A DNA stretch of 64,000 nt from an uncultured bacterium (GTDB lineage: Bacteria > Oederibacteriota > JAAXVQ01 > JAUVAV01): assembly GCA_963710755.1 (NCBI GenBank), contig CAVQBK010000003.1:1280001-1344000 (forward strand), given 5' to 3'. Below, in pieces: positions 1 to 9,608 of the stretch. Under the pieces are notes generated by a model. That model searched no databases, was not told the origin of the DNA, and worked only from the letters and a program-made list of their open reading frames with translations. How positions within the stretch are numbered: position 1 is the first letter of the stretch; every line of letters begins with the position of its first letter. The translations under genes and the position numbers were made by a program.

Positions 1-443
1 TGCTCAAGGACTTGGACACCTATGTGCCTGAAATCAAGGGCAAATGGGATGTCGCTACACTGCCTGTCAAAAAAACAGGTACCTCTTTTGTCGGCGGCAG
101 TAATTTCTGTATCTTTAAGGATAGCAACAACAAAGAACTGGCCTGGCAATTCATTGAATTCATGAGCCGTCCGGACATCCAGCTTAAATGGTATCAACTA
201 ACTACGGATTTACCTACCCGTTTGGAAGCGTGGGAAAACGAATACTTCAAGGATAAAACCAAGGTTCAGGTGTTCGGCAAACAATTATTCCATACCAAAA
301 CCCCGCCCAGGATCCAGCAATGGGAGGAAATGGAAGGGGCCATCAATCTGGAAATGGAAAAAGTGACACGCGATGATACCAGTGCTGCTGATGCCGTGGC
401 TGCTATGCAGAGAAAGATCAAGACAATTCTGGAAAACCAATAA
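1..443 (+). CDS. Sugar ABC transporter substrate-binding protein, C-terminal part (5' truncated by window)
   Basis: WDVATLP...SFVGGSNFCIFKDSNNKELAWQFIEF...LP, typical of the family-1 carbohydrate SBP C-terminus; the frame is open to the window edge; two permeases follow. Confidence 0.9.
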   Translation, partial: LKDLDTYVPEIKGKWDVATLPVKKTGTSFVGGSNFCIFKDSNNKELAWQFIEFMSRPDIQLKWYQLTTDLPTRLEAWENEYFKDKTKVQVFGKQLFHTKTPPRIQQWEEMEGAINLEMEKVTRDDTSAADAVAAMQRKIKTILENQ

Positions 444-485
444 TTCGGATGGTTCTGCCATTCACGAGCGAGGGATAATAGTGTA

Positions 486-1385
486 ATGGGAAAGAAGAAG
501 CTGTTCAGCATTTACCATAATAATCCATGGGGCTATATATTCACCATCTATCCGGTCGTCATCTTGTTGGTCTTTATGTTTTTCCCCATTATTTATTCAT
601 TGCTATTAAGTTTTACCGATGCCAATATTAAAACCATCACCAGTTTTTTCAATTTTCATTTCGTGGGCTTTGCCAATTATGTCAAGTTGTTCAAGGACGA
701 AATATTTTGGAAAAGTTTTTTCAATACCTTTTACTTCGTACTGGTTGGCGGTCCTCTGACAATATTAGCCGCGCTTTTTTCCGCTTTACTGCTGAATAAA
801 TCGATTGTTAAAGCCAAGTCTTTATTCAGGACTATTTATTTTCTGCCTGTGGTGACCACCATTGTGGCCATTGCCGTGGTTTGGCGCATGCTCTACGAGC
901 CGCGTCTGGGTCTGATTAATTGGGTGCTTTCCTTGGTCTCCATTCAAGGCCCGGACTGGTTGAACAGCACCGTGTTTGCCATGCCGGCTATTATTGTCAT
1001 GGCCTCTTGGAAGGGCTTTGGTATCAACATGCTGATCCTGGTGGCCGGGCTTCAGGCTATTCCGCGCGAATTATACGAAGCCTCCCAGATCGATGGTGCC
1101 GACAAATTCCAACAGTTTCTTTACATTACCCTGCCTTCGTTAAAGCCAGTGCTGCTGACGGTCACCGTCATGGTCACCATTGGCTACCTGCAGGTGTTCG
1201 GCGAGCCCTATATTATGACGCAGGGTGGACCCTTACATTCCACCATTACAATGACCATGATGATTTACAACAATGGATTTAAGTTTTTTAACCTGGGTTA
1301 TGCCTCTACGATTGCTTATATTCTTTTTGCTTTGATCGCCTTTATGTCGTTTGTGCAAGTTAAATTTTTAAGGAGTGACACCTAA
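486..1385 (+). CDS. Carbohydrate ABC transporter permease (MalF/UgpA-like)
   Basis: Multiple TM segments; EAA loop LYEASQIDGA; FVGFANY; TQGGP. Confidence 0.95.
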   Translation: MGKKKLFSIYHNNPWGYIFTIYPVVILLVFMFFPIIYSLLLSFTDANIKTITSFFNFHFVGFANYVKLFKDEIFWKSFFNTFYFVLVGGPLTILAALFSALLLNKSIVKAKSLFRTIYFLPVVTTIVAIAVVWRMLYEPRLGLINWVLSLVSIQGPDWLNSTVFAMPAIIVMASWKGFGINMLILVAGLQAIPRELYEASQIDGADKFQQFLYITLPSLKPVLLTVTVMVTIGYLQVFGEPYIMTQGGPLHSTITMTMMIYNNGFKFFNLGYASTIAYILFALIAFMSFVQVKFLRSDT

Positions 1386-1386
1386 C

Positions 1387-2259
1387 ATGGCTGTAGGAAC
1401 GCCGTCATCCTCCATAAAAGACCGGAAACTATATTTATATGAAAAACGGTTTGAATATGTTTGGACCTATTTGCTGCTCATTTTGGGCGCCATAATCACC
1501 ATTGCCCCCTTTCTGTGGATGGCCTTAACTTCCATCAAACCGGAGTGGGAAGTTTTCTTGATACCGCCTACCTTGATTCCCAAGGCCCCCACGCTCATAG
1601 CCTATAAAAAATTGTTTGAACAAGTTAATTTTGCCAGAACCTTAATGAACAGTGCAATAATCACCCTCTCTTTTACGGTAATCAATGTGTTCGTCTGTTC
1701 CTTGGCAGGTTATGCTTTCGCCAAAATCAAATTCCTGGGTCGGGATAAAATCTTCTTTCTCTTCCTGGCGACGATCATGATTCCCAGCCAGGTTACCATG
1801 ATTCCCTCTTTCATGGTGCTGCGCAACCTGGGTCTGCTCAACAATTACTTTGGTCTAATTCTGCCTGGGAGTGCTTCCATTTTCGGCATCTTCCTGGTGC
1901 GTCAATTCATGCTGGGTGTTCCTACGGATCTCATTGATGCTGCCCGTATTGATGGGTGCAATGAGTTTTTGATTTACCGGCACATCATTTTGCCCTTGCT
2001 CAGGCCGGTACTGGCCACGATTGCTATTTTTGCTTTTATGGGTGCCTGGAATGATTTTCTCTGGCCTCTGATCGTCATGACCAGTGAAAAAATGTACACC
2101 CTGCCAGTGGCCTTGGCCATGCTTAATGGAGAACACAACACAGCCTGGGCGCTATTGATGGCCGGCGCCATGGTCGTAACCCTGCCAGTGCTCATTGTCT
2201 TTTTCGCCTTGCAACGTTATTTTATTGAAGGCATTGCCCATTCCGGCATAAAAGGCTGA
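1387..2259 (+). CDS. Carbohydrate ABC transporter permease (MalG/UgpE-like)
   Basis: LIDAARIDG EAA motif, WNDFLWPL, FIEGIA..GIKG; ATG 1387 follows AAGGAG (alternative GTG at 1375). Confidence 0.95.
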   Translation: MAVGTPSSSIKDRKLYLYEKRFEYVWTYLLLILGAIITIAPFLWMALTSIKPEWEVFLIPPTLIPKAPTLIAYKKLFEQVNFARTLMNSAIITLSFTVINVFVCSLAGYAFAKIKFLGRDKIFFLFLATIMIPSQVTMIPSFMVLRNLGLLNNYFGLILPGSASIFGIFLVRQFMLGVPTDLIDAARIDGCNEFLIYRHIILPLLRPVLATIAIFAFMGAWNDFLWPLIVMTSEKMYTLPVALAMLNGEHNTAWALLMAGAMVVTLPVLIVFFALQRYFIEGIAHSGIKG

Positions 2260-2367
2260 GTCCCGTTCCTGCACTGGAAGCGGGCTGGTGTTTGTTAGCC
2301 AGGATCTCCATAAACACACCAATTTTATATGGTTGCCAAAGCAAGCGGCTTCATTAAGAGGTAAGTC

Positions 2368-3669
2368 ATGACCTTGTTTAAGAGAAATAGGCTAAGGTTG
2401 TTTTTAATCCTGGTGGCCGGCTCTTTGAGTGTCATGACTACAGCCCGTGCGAATCAGTCTCTAGACCACAAAACCTACCTGCGCGGCCTTTATCACGATA
2501 CCTATGCCTGCCTCGATTATTTTACGGCCCCTGCCACGAACTTTCCTTATGATGTGAGCACCAAGAAAGCGGAGACCTCTATCAGCAATATCGGCCTGTA
2601 TATGGCGGCCACGGCCGTGGCCGGCAAAACCGGGCTCCTTAGTGACCAGCAAGCCCTATCCAGATTGAATAAAACCTTTGCCGCCCTCCGGCGTATCCCT
2701 ACCTGGGAGGGCTTTCCAGTAACGTGGGTCAACGTGGAAAATGCGCAACTGGCTTATGGACCAAAATTTTCTTATGCCGATCACATTGGGAACCTTATCT
2801 GCGGCTTGTTGGTGGTAGCCGGATTGTATCCGGAAGACTTTGCCCGAAAAGTGAATGCTTTCATTACGCCCATGAATTTTAAGGCCACCTTTGATCCTCG
2901 CGTGAATATGATCAAGGGTGGTTATGATTTTGAGAAAAAAACCTTTGATGTCAAGCAATCTTGGGGAAATTGGTACTATAACCTTTTAGCCAGCGATACC
3001 CGTCAGTTTGGTTTGTTGGGTATGGCCAGGGGACAGATTCCGGAAGTCTATTGGCGGACCTTAACCAGGCACAATAATTTTAATGATCCCCTGGACAAGG
3101 AAATGCTTACCTTGCTTGGCCCGGGACGGGAACCTTATTATTGGCCGGGCATGGAAGGCGGCGGACTGTTTATGCAATATCTGCCGGGGATTTTTCTTAT
3201 GGAGAAAAACACGGCCATGGGCATCTCCGCAAAAACCATGGCCTATGCTCAGATTAAACTAGCCCGGGCGCAGCATACGTATCCTTTTTGGGGCATCTCA
3301 GCTTCAGAAACTCCCGACGGCCGGGGTTACCTCGGCTGGGGGACATTGAAAAAATCGGTCGTAACGCCCCATGCCAGTATGCTGGCGGTGGCTGATTTTC
3401 CTGAAGACACCGTAAAGTGTTTGCGGGCTTTGGAAAAAAAGAATATGCGGCCGGTTGTTTCCATTGATGGCCGGGATTATCACTTCGGGTTCACCGATGC
3501 TTATGATACCACCGCTCAGACGTCATCGGAACACTATTTGGCGTTGGATCAGAGCATGGCATTTTTGAGTTTGGCCAATTATTTATATGATGAGATTGTG
3601 CGTAAGGCCTTTCAGACCCCCCCCTTGGGACATAAAGCCCAGACCTTGCTGGAAAAGCTGGAACCATAA
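2368..3669 (+). CDS. Secreted glucoamylase-like (DUF3131/Glycoamylase) hydrolase, beta-1,2-glucanase clan
   Basis: Signal peptide; TSISNIGLY, LASDTR, GGGLFMQ, WGISASE, VVTPHAS, FGFTDAY, YLALDQSM. Confidence 0.75.
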   Translation: MTLFKRNRLRLFLILVAGSLSVMTTARANQSLDHKTYLRGLYHDTYACLDYFTAPATNFPYDVSTKKAETSISNIGLYMAATAVAGKTGLLSDQQALSRLNKTFAALRRIPTWEGFPVTWVNVENAQLAYGPKFSYADHIGNLICGLLVVAGLYPEDFARKVNAFITPMNFKATFDPRVNMIKGGYDFEKKTFDVKQSWGNWYYNLLASDTRQFGLLGMARGQIPEVYWRTLTRHNNFNDPLDKEMLTLLGPGREPYYWPGMEGGGLFMQYLPGIFLMEKNTAMGISAKTMAYAQIKLARAQHTYPFWGISASETPDGRGYLGWGTLKKSVVTPHASMLAVADFPEDTVKCLRALEKKNMRPVVSIDGRDYHFGFTDAYDTTAQTSSEHYLALDQSMAFLSLANYLYDEIVRKAFQTPPLGHKAQTLLEKLEP

Positions 3670-3812
3670 GCATAAGATGATCTGAGCTTGGTCCACAGGT
3701 CGGGCAGGAGCCACCGGAACGGGTGAGCACCTTCGTGCCGGCACTGGTAATGAGTCCGGAACTACTATTGGTCATGGCATGGAAACGCTCTTGTGATTTT
3801 AAATGGTTGTGG

Positions 3813-3840
3813 TTGACGTTCCCGAAGGTTGTGGTATGAT
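3813..3840 (+). promoter_or_regulatory. Sigma70-type promoter
   Basis: TTGACG-16 bp-TATGAT with extended -10 TG, upstream of the 4039 gene. Confidence 0.55.
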
Positions 3841-4038
3841 AATCTGACTTTTAGATCAGCACTCGGAAAAATCCAGCTGGACTATGACACATGGTGGTAC
3901 ACCAACGGCAGTCCAAGGTTGTTTGGCCTGACCGGATTCGTCCCCAGCCATATCAAACCTGCAAGCATGGCCTGCTACTGGGTCCTCGGAGCCACAGTGG
4001 TATGACCACCAACTTCATCTCACCTTAGGAGAGTTATT

Positions 4039-6054
4039 ATGGGATCCAATATCCGCACCAAAAGTCTTCGCTTTGGCCTGTTGCTTCTGCTGGCCCTATC
4101 ATTGCTTCAACAACCGGCGCTGGCCATGGGCAGTATTAAAGGCTACTTCTCAAAAGATAAACTGTCCTCAAAAGATATTAACTATTTAAAAGGCGTGGCC
4201 AAGGAGACCTGGTCTTGTATTGATTTCATGGTCAATCCCAATACCCAGCTGCCTTATGATAATATTCATAAATACGAATGGACCTCGGTCACCAACATCG
4301 GTTTGTATGTGGCCAGTATTGCGGCAGCGGTGGACATGGGGTATTTGTCCAAAAAAACAGCAGAAGAACGTTTGAAGGTTCTTCTTGAAAACTATGATCA
4401 ATTTCAAAAGTGGGATGGCTTTACCCAGAGTTGGAACAGCGTGGTGAGCGGCAAACCGTCACCCAATGATCCCTGGACCTCCACCCTGGATTCCGGCAAT
4501 TTATATGCCGGGATGATGGTGGCCCGTGCCTATTTCCCCAAACTGAAATCTCTCCTCACCCAAATTCTCGACGAACCCAAATGGGCCAGCGTCTATGATC
4601 CCAATAATGAAAAGTTGTTGTTCGGGTACAATTTCCGCACCCGGAAATTGGGTGGACCGCTCAATGATTTTGGATCCGATGCCCGCCTGGCTTATTTTCT
4701 GGCCATGGGCAAAGGCGTGGTTCCGAAAAACGCCTTGGAAAAGTTAAACCGCGGCCTGGAAGAACGGTATGGCTATCAATATTATCTGCCCGGCTGGCAG
4801 GGCGGCGGGCTGTTCATGCAGATGATTTCCGGTCTGATGGTGGACGAGCGCAATACCTTGATGGGCCAGGCTGCAGCCAATTTTGCCTATGCTCAGATTT
4901 TGCATGCCAAGGAAAAGGATTATCCGGTCTGGGGATGGTCGGCCAGTGAATCGCCCAGCGGTGGTTACCTGGGCATGAATGCCATTGAGGATGACGTCGT
5001 CACACCGCATGCCTCTGTTCTTGCGATTATTTATTATCCCCGCCATGTGGTGAGAAATTTAAAAGAACTGGAAAAAATGGGGGCCCGCAAACCCTTGCTG
5101 ATCAACGGTAAAGAACGTCATTTTGGATTTCGTGATGCCATCAACATTAAAAGTGGCAAGGTCACGGACAACTACCTCATGCTCGATCAGTGCATGCTCT
5201 TTTTATCGTTGGCTAATTATTTGAATAAAGGTGTTATCTGGAAAAATTTCAAAAAAAATCCCGGCATTGGCGACGATTATGCCACAGTTCCGGATTTACG
5301 CGACCGTCATATCTTCAAAACCCTGCAAGCCCGTGATTTGAAAAAAGCCGTGGTGGGGGAAGTGGATGCGCTGGCCAAATTGCCTGAACCCAATGTGGTG
5401 GTACACCCCTTTAAGGAAAAAGGCATGCGCGAAACGACCGCGGTTTATGCGGTGGATGGCATCAAGGTGGACGGTGATTTGGAAGATTGGGGGCAGGCTG
5501 ATCCCATTGTTATCAACCGGGAAACCAACGCGGAGGTTGAAAATCAAAATCAGGAAGGTAACCAACAGGCGATTGCCTATTTCATGTGGGACCAGACCTA
5601 TTTGTATTTTGCAGCCCGGGTGTATGACAGGGACCTCGTGTTTACTCAAAATCCGGTTGATTTATGGAAAGATGATGCCATTGAATTATTTATTGCGCCC
5701 AAGCAAAAAGATTTTGAATGGGGCCGCAAAGACTGTTTTCAGATCGGGTTGAGTGCCAGCGGGCCCGAGGGTAAGCCTGAAAAATGGGCTTGGTTTCAAA
5801 ACGGTGATCCCGGCGATAATGTAGAGCTGGCTTCCAAATTGCTGGACAAGGATGTGGAAGAAGAGGACAAAGGTTATATTATCGAAGCGGCGATTAAGTG
5901 GTCATTTTTAGGCATTACCCCCGCGGTTGACCAGGTGATTGGTGTCAGCCCGGCCATTCATTTTGTAGATAAAAATCATCAAAACGAAGTCAAGTTGAAC
6001 TGGTGTTACTTGCCGGATGGTAAATCCTTGGGAAAATTAAAATTAGTAAAATAA
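4039..6054 (+). CDS. Secreted glucoamylase-like hydrolase with C-terminal CBM9-like (DOMON-like) domain
   Basis: TSVTNIGLY, STLDSGNL, GSDARL, GGGLFMQ, WGWSASE, VVTPHAS, YLMLDQ; C-terminal IKVDGDLEDW / WDQTYLYFAARVYD / DDAIELFI / GYIIEAAIKW. Confidence 0.8.
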   Translation: MGSNIRTKSLRFGLLLLLALSLLQQPALAMGSIKGYFSKDKLSSKDINYLKGVAKETWSCIDFMVNPNTQLPYDNIHKYEWTSVTNIGLYVASIAAAVDMGYLSKKTAEERLKVLLENYDQFQKWDGFTQSWNSVVSGKPSPNDPWTSTLDSGNLYAGMMVARAYFPKLKSLLTQILDEPKWASVYDPNNEKLLFGYNFRTRKLGGPLNDFGSDARLAYFLAMGKGVVPKNALEKLNRGLEERYGYQYYLPGWQGGGLFMQMISGLMVDERNTLMGQAAANFAYAQILHAKEKDYPVWGWSASESPSGGYLGMNAIEDDVVTPHASVLAIIYYPRHVVRNLKELEKMGARKPLLINGKERHFGFRDAINIKSGKVTDNYLMLDQCMLFLSLANYLNKGVIWKNFKKNPGIGDDYATVPDLRDRHIFKTLQARDLKKAVVGEVDALAKLPEPNVVVHPFKEKGMRETTAVYAVDGIKVDGDLEDWGQADPIVINRETNAEVENQNQEGNQQAIAYFMWDQTYLYFAARVYDRDLVFTQNPVDLWKDDAIELFIAPKQKDFEWGRKDCFQIGLSASGPEGKPEKWAWFQNGDPGDNVELASKLLDKDVEEEDKGYIIEAAIKWSFLGITPAVDQVIGVSPAIHFVDKNHQNEVKLNWCYLPDGKSLGKLKLVK

Positions 6055-6113
6055 CTGCTGCTGATCCTGCCGGGTGTGCTTCGAATGACATTCCCGGCAG
6101 GGTTCGAGCCATA

Positions 6114-6160
6114 GCCGCCCGGTCACTATTTGTGATCCGGGTTTCGGGCGGCATTTTTTT
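6114..6160 (+). terminator. Rho-independent terminator
   Basis: GCCGCCCG...CGGGCGGC stem followed by ATTTTTTT; a second hairpin CCTGCCGGG/CCCGGCAGG lies at ~6066-6101. Confidence 0.7.
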
Positions 6161-6337
6161 AATCGGGTAAAATCATTGTTTTTTAAGCACTTTCCAAGCG
6201 TCGACTGTGTGTCCTGGCTGTTTGAATTGCTTCATATTAAGAATTGTGGTTTGTAAAAAAAATAAACCTTGGACAAGCGACTAAATAGATTTGCATCTCT
6301 CCCCATCATCTGTTAATCTTTCATTAAAATCCTACTA

Positions 6338-6375
6338 AACATTCAGCCATTTTTTACAACATCCAGCCATTTTTT
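6338..6375. repeat. Tandem direct repeat, candidate regulator binding site
   Basis: AACATTCAGCCATTTTTT / AACATCCAGCCATTTTTT, 17/18 identical, 20-bp period. Confidence 0.6.
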
Positions 6376-6515
6376 TAAAAAAAAAGGAAATAAAAGCAGG
6401 ACGGCAAGGCTCTAATTAAATGAGGTGGACTTGTTTAAGCAGGAGGGACTCGTGTTTTGGTGCGTCCTGAAACAAAGCAGCCACCAACACTAAACAAGGG
6501 GAGGGAAATTGAATC

Positions 6516-7118
6516 ATGAAAAAAATGGTGATGTTAGGCTTGGCAGTGGTCGCAATGGTTGCATTTTCGGGGTTAGCCAAGGCGGCGAGTTCCGAGGCAT
6601 TTCATTTGGTGGTTGTGGTTGCAAGCGATGAGATTGCGGTGGATGTGACCGGCGTGGATAACAACGGCTACGTTAATCTCGGGGTCGTGCAGGCAGGCAA
6701 TGCTCTGGTGACGTCATCAGGACAGCATTCCAATGTGATGAACGTGGGCTATGGCACCATTGATCTGCAACTGCAGGCTGTGACCAATGCCAACAACTCG
6801 ACCTGGACGCAGCGCACCGATGCCCCCAGCAATCCCCTTAATGCTAATGAATACCGTTTGGGTGGTATCTTTACCCAGTGGGATAGGAGTACCATTGCAG
6901 CCTCGGATTTCGGAGCTGATGATATTTTTCAAACGACGGCCACCACTTGCACGGCCACGGTTCATGCCTTTGACAGCGAGGCTGATGGCGTAAAAGGATT
7001 TAATGTAGCGCCCGGAGCTTCCCGCGCCTTGCATTACATGTTCCAAGCGCCGTCCACCGTTTCCAACCCTGGTGAAGTGGTCATGGATCTGGTAGTTTCG
7101 GCGGTCTTGCATATTTAA
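6516..7118 (+). CDS. Secreted pilin-like beta-sandwich protein (paralog 1)
   Basis: Sec signal (AKA-A); shares NVG, WTQR, LNANEYR, IFT, DFG.DD, KGFN..PG..R...F.AP with 7222 and partly with 8037. Confidence 0.55.
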   Translation: MKKMVMLGLAVVAMVAFSGLAKAASSEAFHLVVVVASDEIAVDVTGVDNNGYVNLGVVQAGNALVTSSGQHSNVMNVGYGTIDLQLQAVTNANNSTWTQRTDAPSNPLNANEYRLGGIFTQWDRSTIAASDFGADDIFQTTATTCTATVHAFDSEADGVKGFNVAPGASRALHYMFQAPSTVSNPGEVVMDLVVSAVLHI

Positions 7119-7221
7119 TTCACCGAGTTCGGCGTCATGAAAACACTGCCTTTTTTAAAGTGTAACCACCCAATGTCTAAGGGGCTAACGAACACCGCCT
7201 AACAAAGGCTAGAGGACGTTT

Positions 7222-7830
7222 ATGATAAGATACACGGTTCTTTTTCTGGGGATGATTGTGGTTCTTCTTTCGCTACGGCCCGTAGCGGCTGAAGATCAAA
7301 CGCACCTGGAATTCAATATCATTGTTTCCATCGAGGCCAATGATATCGCATTGGAGATCTCGGCGGGCGAATATCACGCATTCCTGGATAAAACAGCTGT
7401 CCGAACCGGTGAAACCATAATCACGCCGGCCAAGCAGGACGTGACCGTCACCAATGTAGGCGGCCGTAATATCACGGTGTCTATCCAGGCCTCGACCAAT
7501 GAGACCAGCGTCGGTCACTGGACCCAACGGGTGGACGGCCTAGGCAATACGCTCAATGCTAATGAATACCGGATCAGCGCCATATTTACCAATGCTCAAC
7601 GTTCCGTCATGACGGCTGCTGATTTTGGGGATGAAGACGTTTTGAACACTGTCCTTAAACCTGCGACCAGCACGGCATTAGCTTATAATCAGGAATTGGA
7701 TCGTTACAAAGGATTTAATATTCCCCCGGGGGAGAGCAGATCTTTGTTCTTTCGTTTCGATGCGCCACCCACCGTGACTTACCCTGGGGAACTGTTGATT
7801 GACATTGGGCTCCATGCCCAATTGCCCTGA
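7222..7830 (+). CDS. Secreted pilin-like beta-sandwich protein (paralog 2)
   Basis: Sec signal; WTQRVD..GNTLNANEYRISAIFT, DFGDEDV, KGFNIPPGESRSLFFRFDAP. Confidence 0.55.
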   Translation: MIRYTVLFLGMIVVLLSLRPVAAEDQTHLEFNIIVSIEANDIALEISAGEYHAFLDKTAVRTGETIITPAKQDVTVTNVGGRNITVSIQASTNETSVGHWTQRVDGLGNTLNANEYRISAIFTNAQRSVMTAADFGDEDVLNTVLKPATSTALAYNQELDRYKGFNIPPGESRSLFFRFDAPPTVTYPGELLIDIGLHAQLP

Positions 7831-7861
7831 AGAGAAAAAACGCTTTACGGTCATAAGAGTG

Positions 7862-7870
7862 TGGTATAAT
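7862..7870 (+). promoter_or_regulatory. Extended -10 promoter for paralog 3
   Basis: TGGTATAAT (TGnTATAAT) in the 7831-8036 intergenic region. Confidence 0.5.
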
Positions 7871-8036
7871 TTTTTTTGCTTCACCATTAAAGTTGCGAAG
7901 GATTTTAACCGACCCTAAAGGCTTTTTTCGTCATGTGTTCGTCGGGCAGCTGACAGGAAAGGGGGGATGAGAGCGTCGTTGGATTTATGTGCTGCAGTTT
8001 ACAAAGACCATAATAAAAATTGATGAGGTGAAGACC

Positions 8037-8633
8037 ATGAAAAAGAAACTCCTGATTGCTTTAGCCCTTCTGGCCTCCTTAACGCTGGCCGCCCAGTCTT
8101 TTGCCGCTACCACAGCCACCGTTAACATTACGGTCACCATTGTCAGCGGTGTGGTTAGTATTGCCAATACCGGTCCTGCTGATGTTTCCTTCAATGCTAC
8201 CAATCCAACAATTTTATTCAACCAAACAGGTTATGTAAGCGCTGACGGTACCGGCAATGGCCGGGCTATCTTTAAAAATGACAGCGTTGATACAACTGCT
8301 GATTTTTCGGTACAAGCTATAGACTTTGATCCGAATTTTACCTTGGGCACAGCCCCAAGCGCCACTGCTGGCGTACTTTATGGTATTTGGACACAATGGG
8401 ATCGTACTCCTATTGCTGCCTCCGATTTTGTGGCTAATGATATCATTACCACTACCTCCAAACTTTCCAGCACAACGGATTTTGCTTTGGATGGAGAAGG
8501 CGATAATGTTAAAGGCTTCAATATCCCGGCAGGTGACGAACGGAATATGTACTTCCGCTTGGATACACCCACCAGCGGCACGGCTGGGTCTTTTACCTCG
8601 ACCATGACCGTCACCGCTTCAGTCCATATTTAA
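8037..8633 (+). CDS. Secreted pilin-like protein (paralog 3, candidate major subunit)
   Basis: GAGGTG RBS; MKKKLL..SFA signal; mature N-terminus ATTATVNITVTIV; TQWDR..IAASDF..DI, KGFNIPAGDERNMYFRLDTP, C-terminal VHI. Confidence 0.6.
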   Translation: MKKKLLIALALLASLTLAAQSFAATTATVNITVTIVSGVVSIANTGPADVSFNATNPTILFNQTGYVSADGTGNGRAIFKNDSVDTTADFSVQAIDFDPNFTLGTAPSATAGVLYGIWTQWDRTPIAASDFVANDIITTTSKLSSTTDFALDGEGDNVKGFNIPAGDERNMYFRLDTPTSGTAGSFTSTMTVTASVHI

Positions 8634-8646
8634 TTTAAGCCAACGG

Positions 8647-8683
8647 CATATCCAACTGCCCCAGCCTGGGGCAGTTGGATATG
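8647..8683 (+). other. Perfect 17-bp hairpin without U-tract (mRNA stabiliser or attenuator)
   Basis: CATATCCAACTGCCCCA-GCC-TGGGGCAGTTGGATATG. Confidence 0.7.
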
Positions 8684-8708
8684 ATCCGGCTGGGCAGGGG
8701 GACCTAGA

Positions 8709-9608
8709 ATGATAAAAAAAATATGGGGCTTAATAATAGCTGTATTGGTTCTGTCTGCAGGTTCGGTGCATGCCGATGCACTGGCTTTACGTAATTATGC
8801 TGAGATCTTGGTTCAAAACCTGCAAATCGGTCAGACCTACAGCATGATCAACCTTGTCAACCTGCCTCTGGAAATCGCCAACAACGGCGATGCCCCTGCG
8901 ACCGTGGAAATCAATGTTTTTAAGCCTTCACCGGGCAAGACCAAGCCCGGCTTTGAACCCATTCCCGATACGTCCTGGATTACTATTGCACCCAAACAAG
9001 TGACCATTGCAGCGCATGCGGTTTATGACACGGATGTGAAAATTTCCATCCCCAAAGATAAAGCCCTGCTGGGCAAAAAATTTCATGCTGATTTGCATGT
9101 GCGCACCCTGCCGGAAGGTAAGTCCATGATGATGATCGCCTTGGCCGTACAGGGTCGGTTTTTATTTACTATTGCACCGGTGGAGCAGGAAACAACTGCA
9201 CCGGAAAAAGTAAATCTCAATTTTAGCGTCAAGCCGGGACGGATCGTGCTGGATCAGGTGCCCTTGGGCCGGGCCGTGGCCGTGAAAGCTGAAAAAGGCC
9301 ATCCGGTTACCATTAAAAATAGTAGCGCGGAAGAATTAACCATTTTCGTTAAGAGTCTGGATCCTCGACAAACCATCACGCGCATTGAAGAAGGTTACCA
9401 AGCCTGCCCTGATCCGAATTTTATCACCTGTCCTCAGGGTGAACTCCAGCTTAAGGGTAAATCGGAAAAAGCATTGGAACTGAAATTGCGGATTCCTGAC
9501 CAGCCTGCTTACCGCGGCAAGCATTATCAGTTTATTGTGGCCGTGAGCACAGGCGAACAGACCAGCGGGATCAGATATGTGCCCATTCTGGTCAATACTG
9601 CACCCTAA
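8709..9608 (+). CDS. Secreted two-domain Ig-like protein (fimbrial chaperone / WxL-interacting-like)
   Basis: Signal peptide; two internally similar domains: IANNG...GFEPIPDTSWITI...VKISIP and IKNSS...GYQACPDPNFIT...LKLRIP. Confidence 0.5.
   Translation: MIKKIWGLIIAVLVLSAGSVHADALALRNYAEILVQNLQIGQTYSMINLVNLPLEIANNGDAPATVEINVFKPSPGKTKPGFEPIPDTSWITIAPKQVTIAAHAVYDTDVKISIPKDKALLGKKFHADLHVRTLPEGKSMMMIALAVQGRFLFTIAPVEQETTAPEKVNLNFSVKPGRIVLDQVPLGRAVAVKAEKGHPVTIKNSSAEELTIFVKSLDPRQTITRIEEGYQACPDPNFITCPQGELQLKGKSEKALELKLRIPDQPAYRGKHYQFIVAVSTGEQTSGIRYVPILVNTAP

Noticed and set aside
3779-3795. LacI/cre-like operator TGGAAACGCTCTT, and AAAACGCTTTAC at ~7838
   Set aside because: Only half-site matches; insufficient without the regulator or further copies
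6396-6490. Possible riboswitch in the pilin leader (CAGGACG...CGTCCTG pairing)
   Set aside because: I could not match c-di-GMP or other riboswitch consensus motifs; an Infernal/Rfam scan is needed
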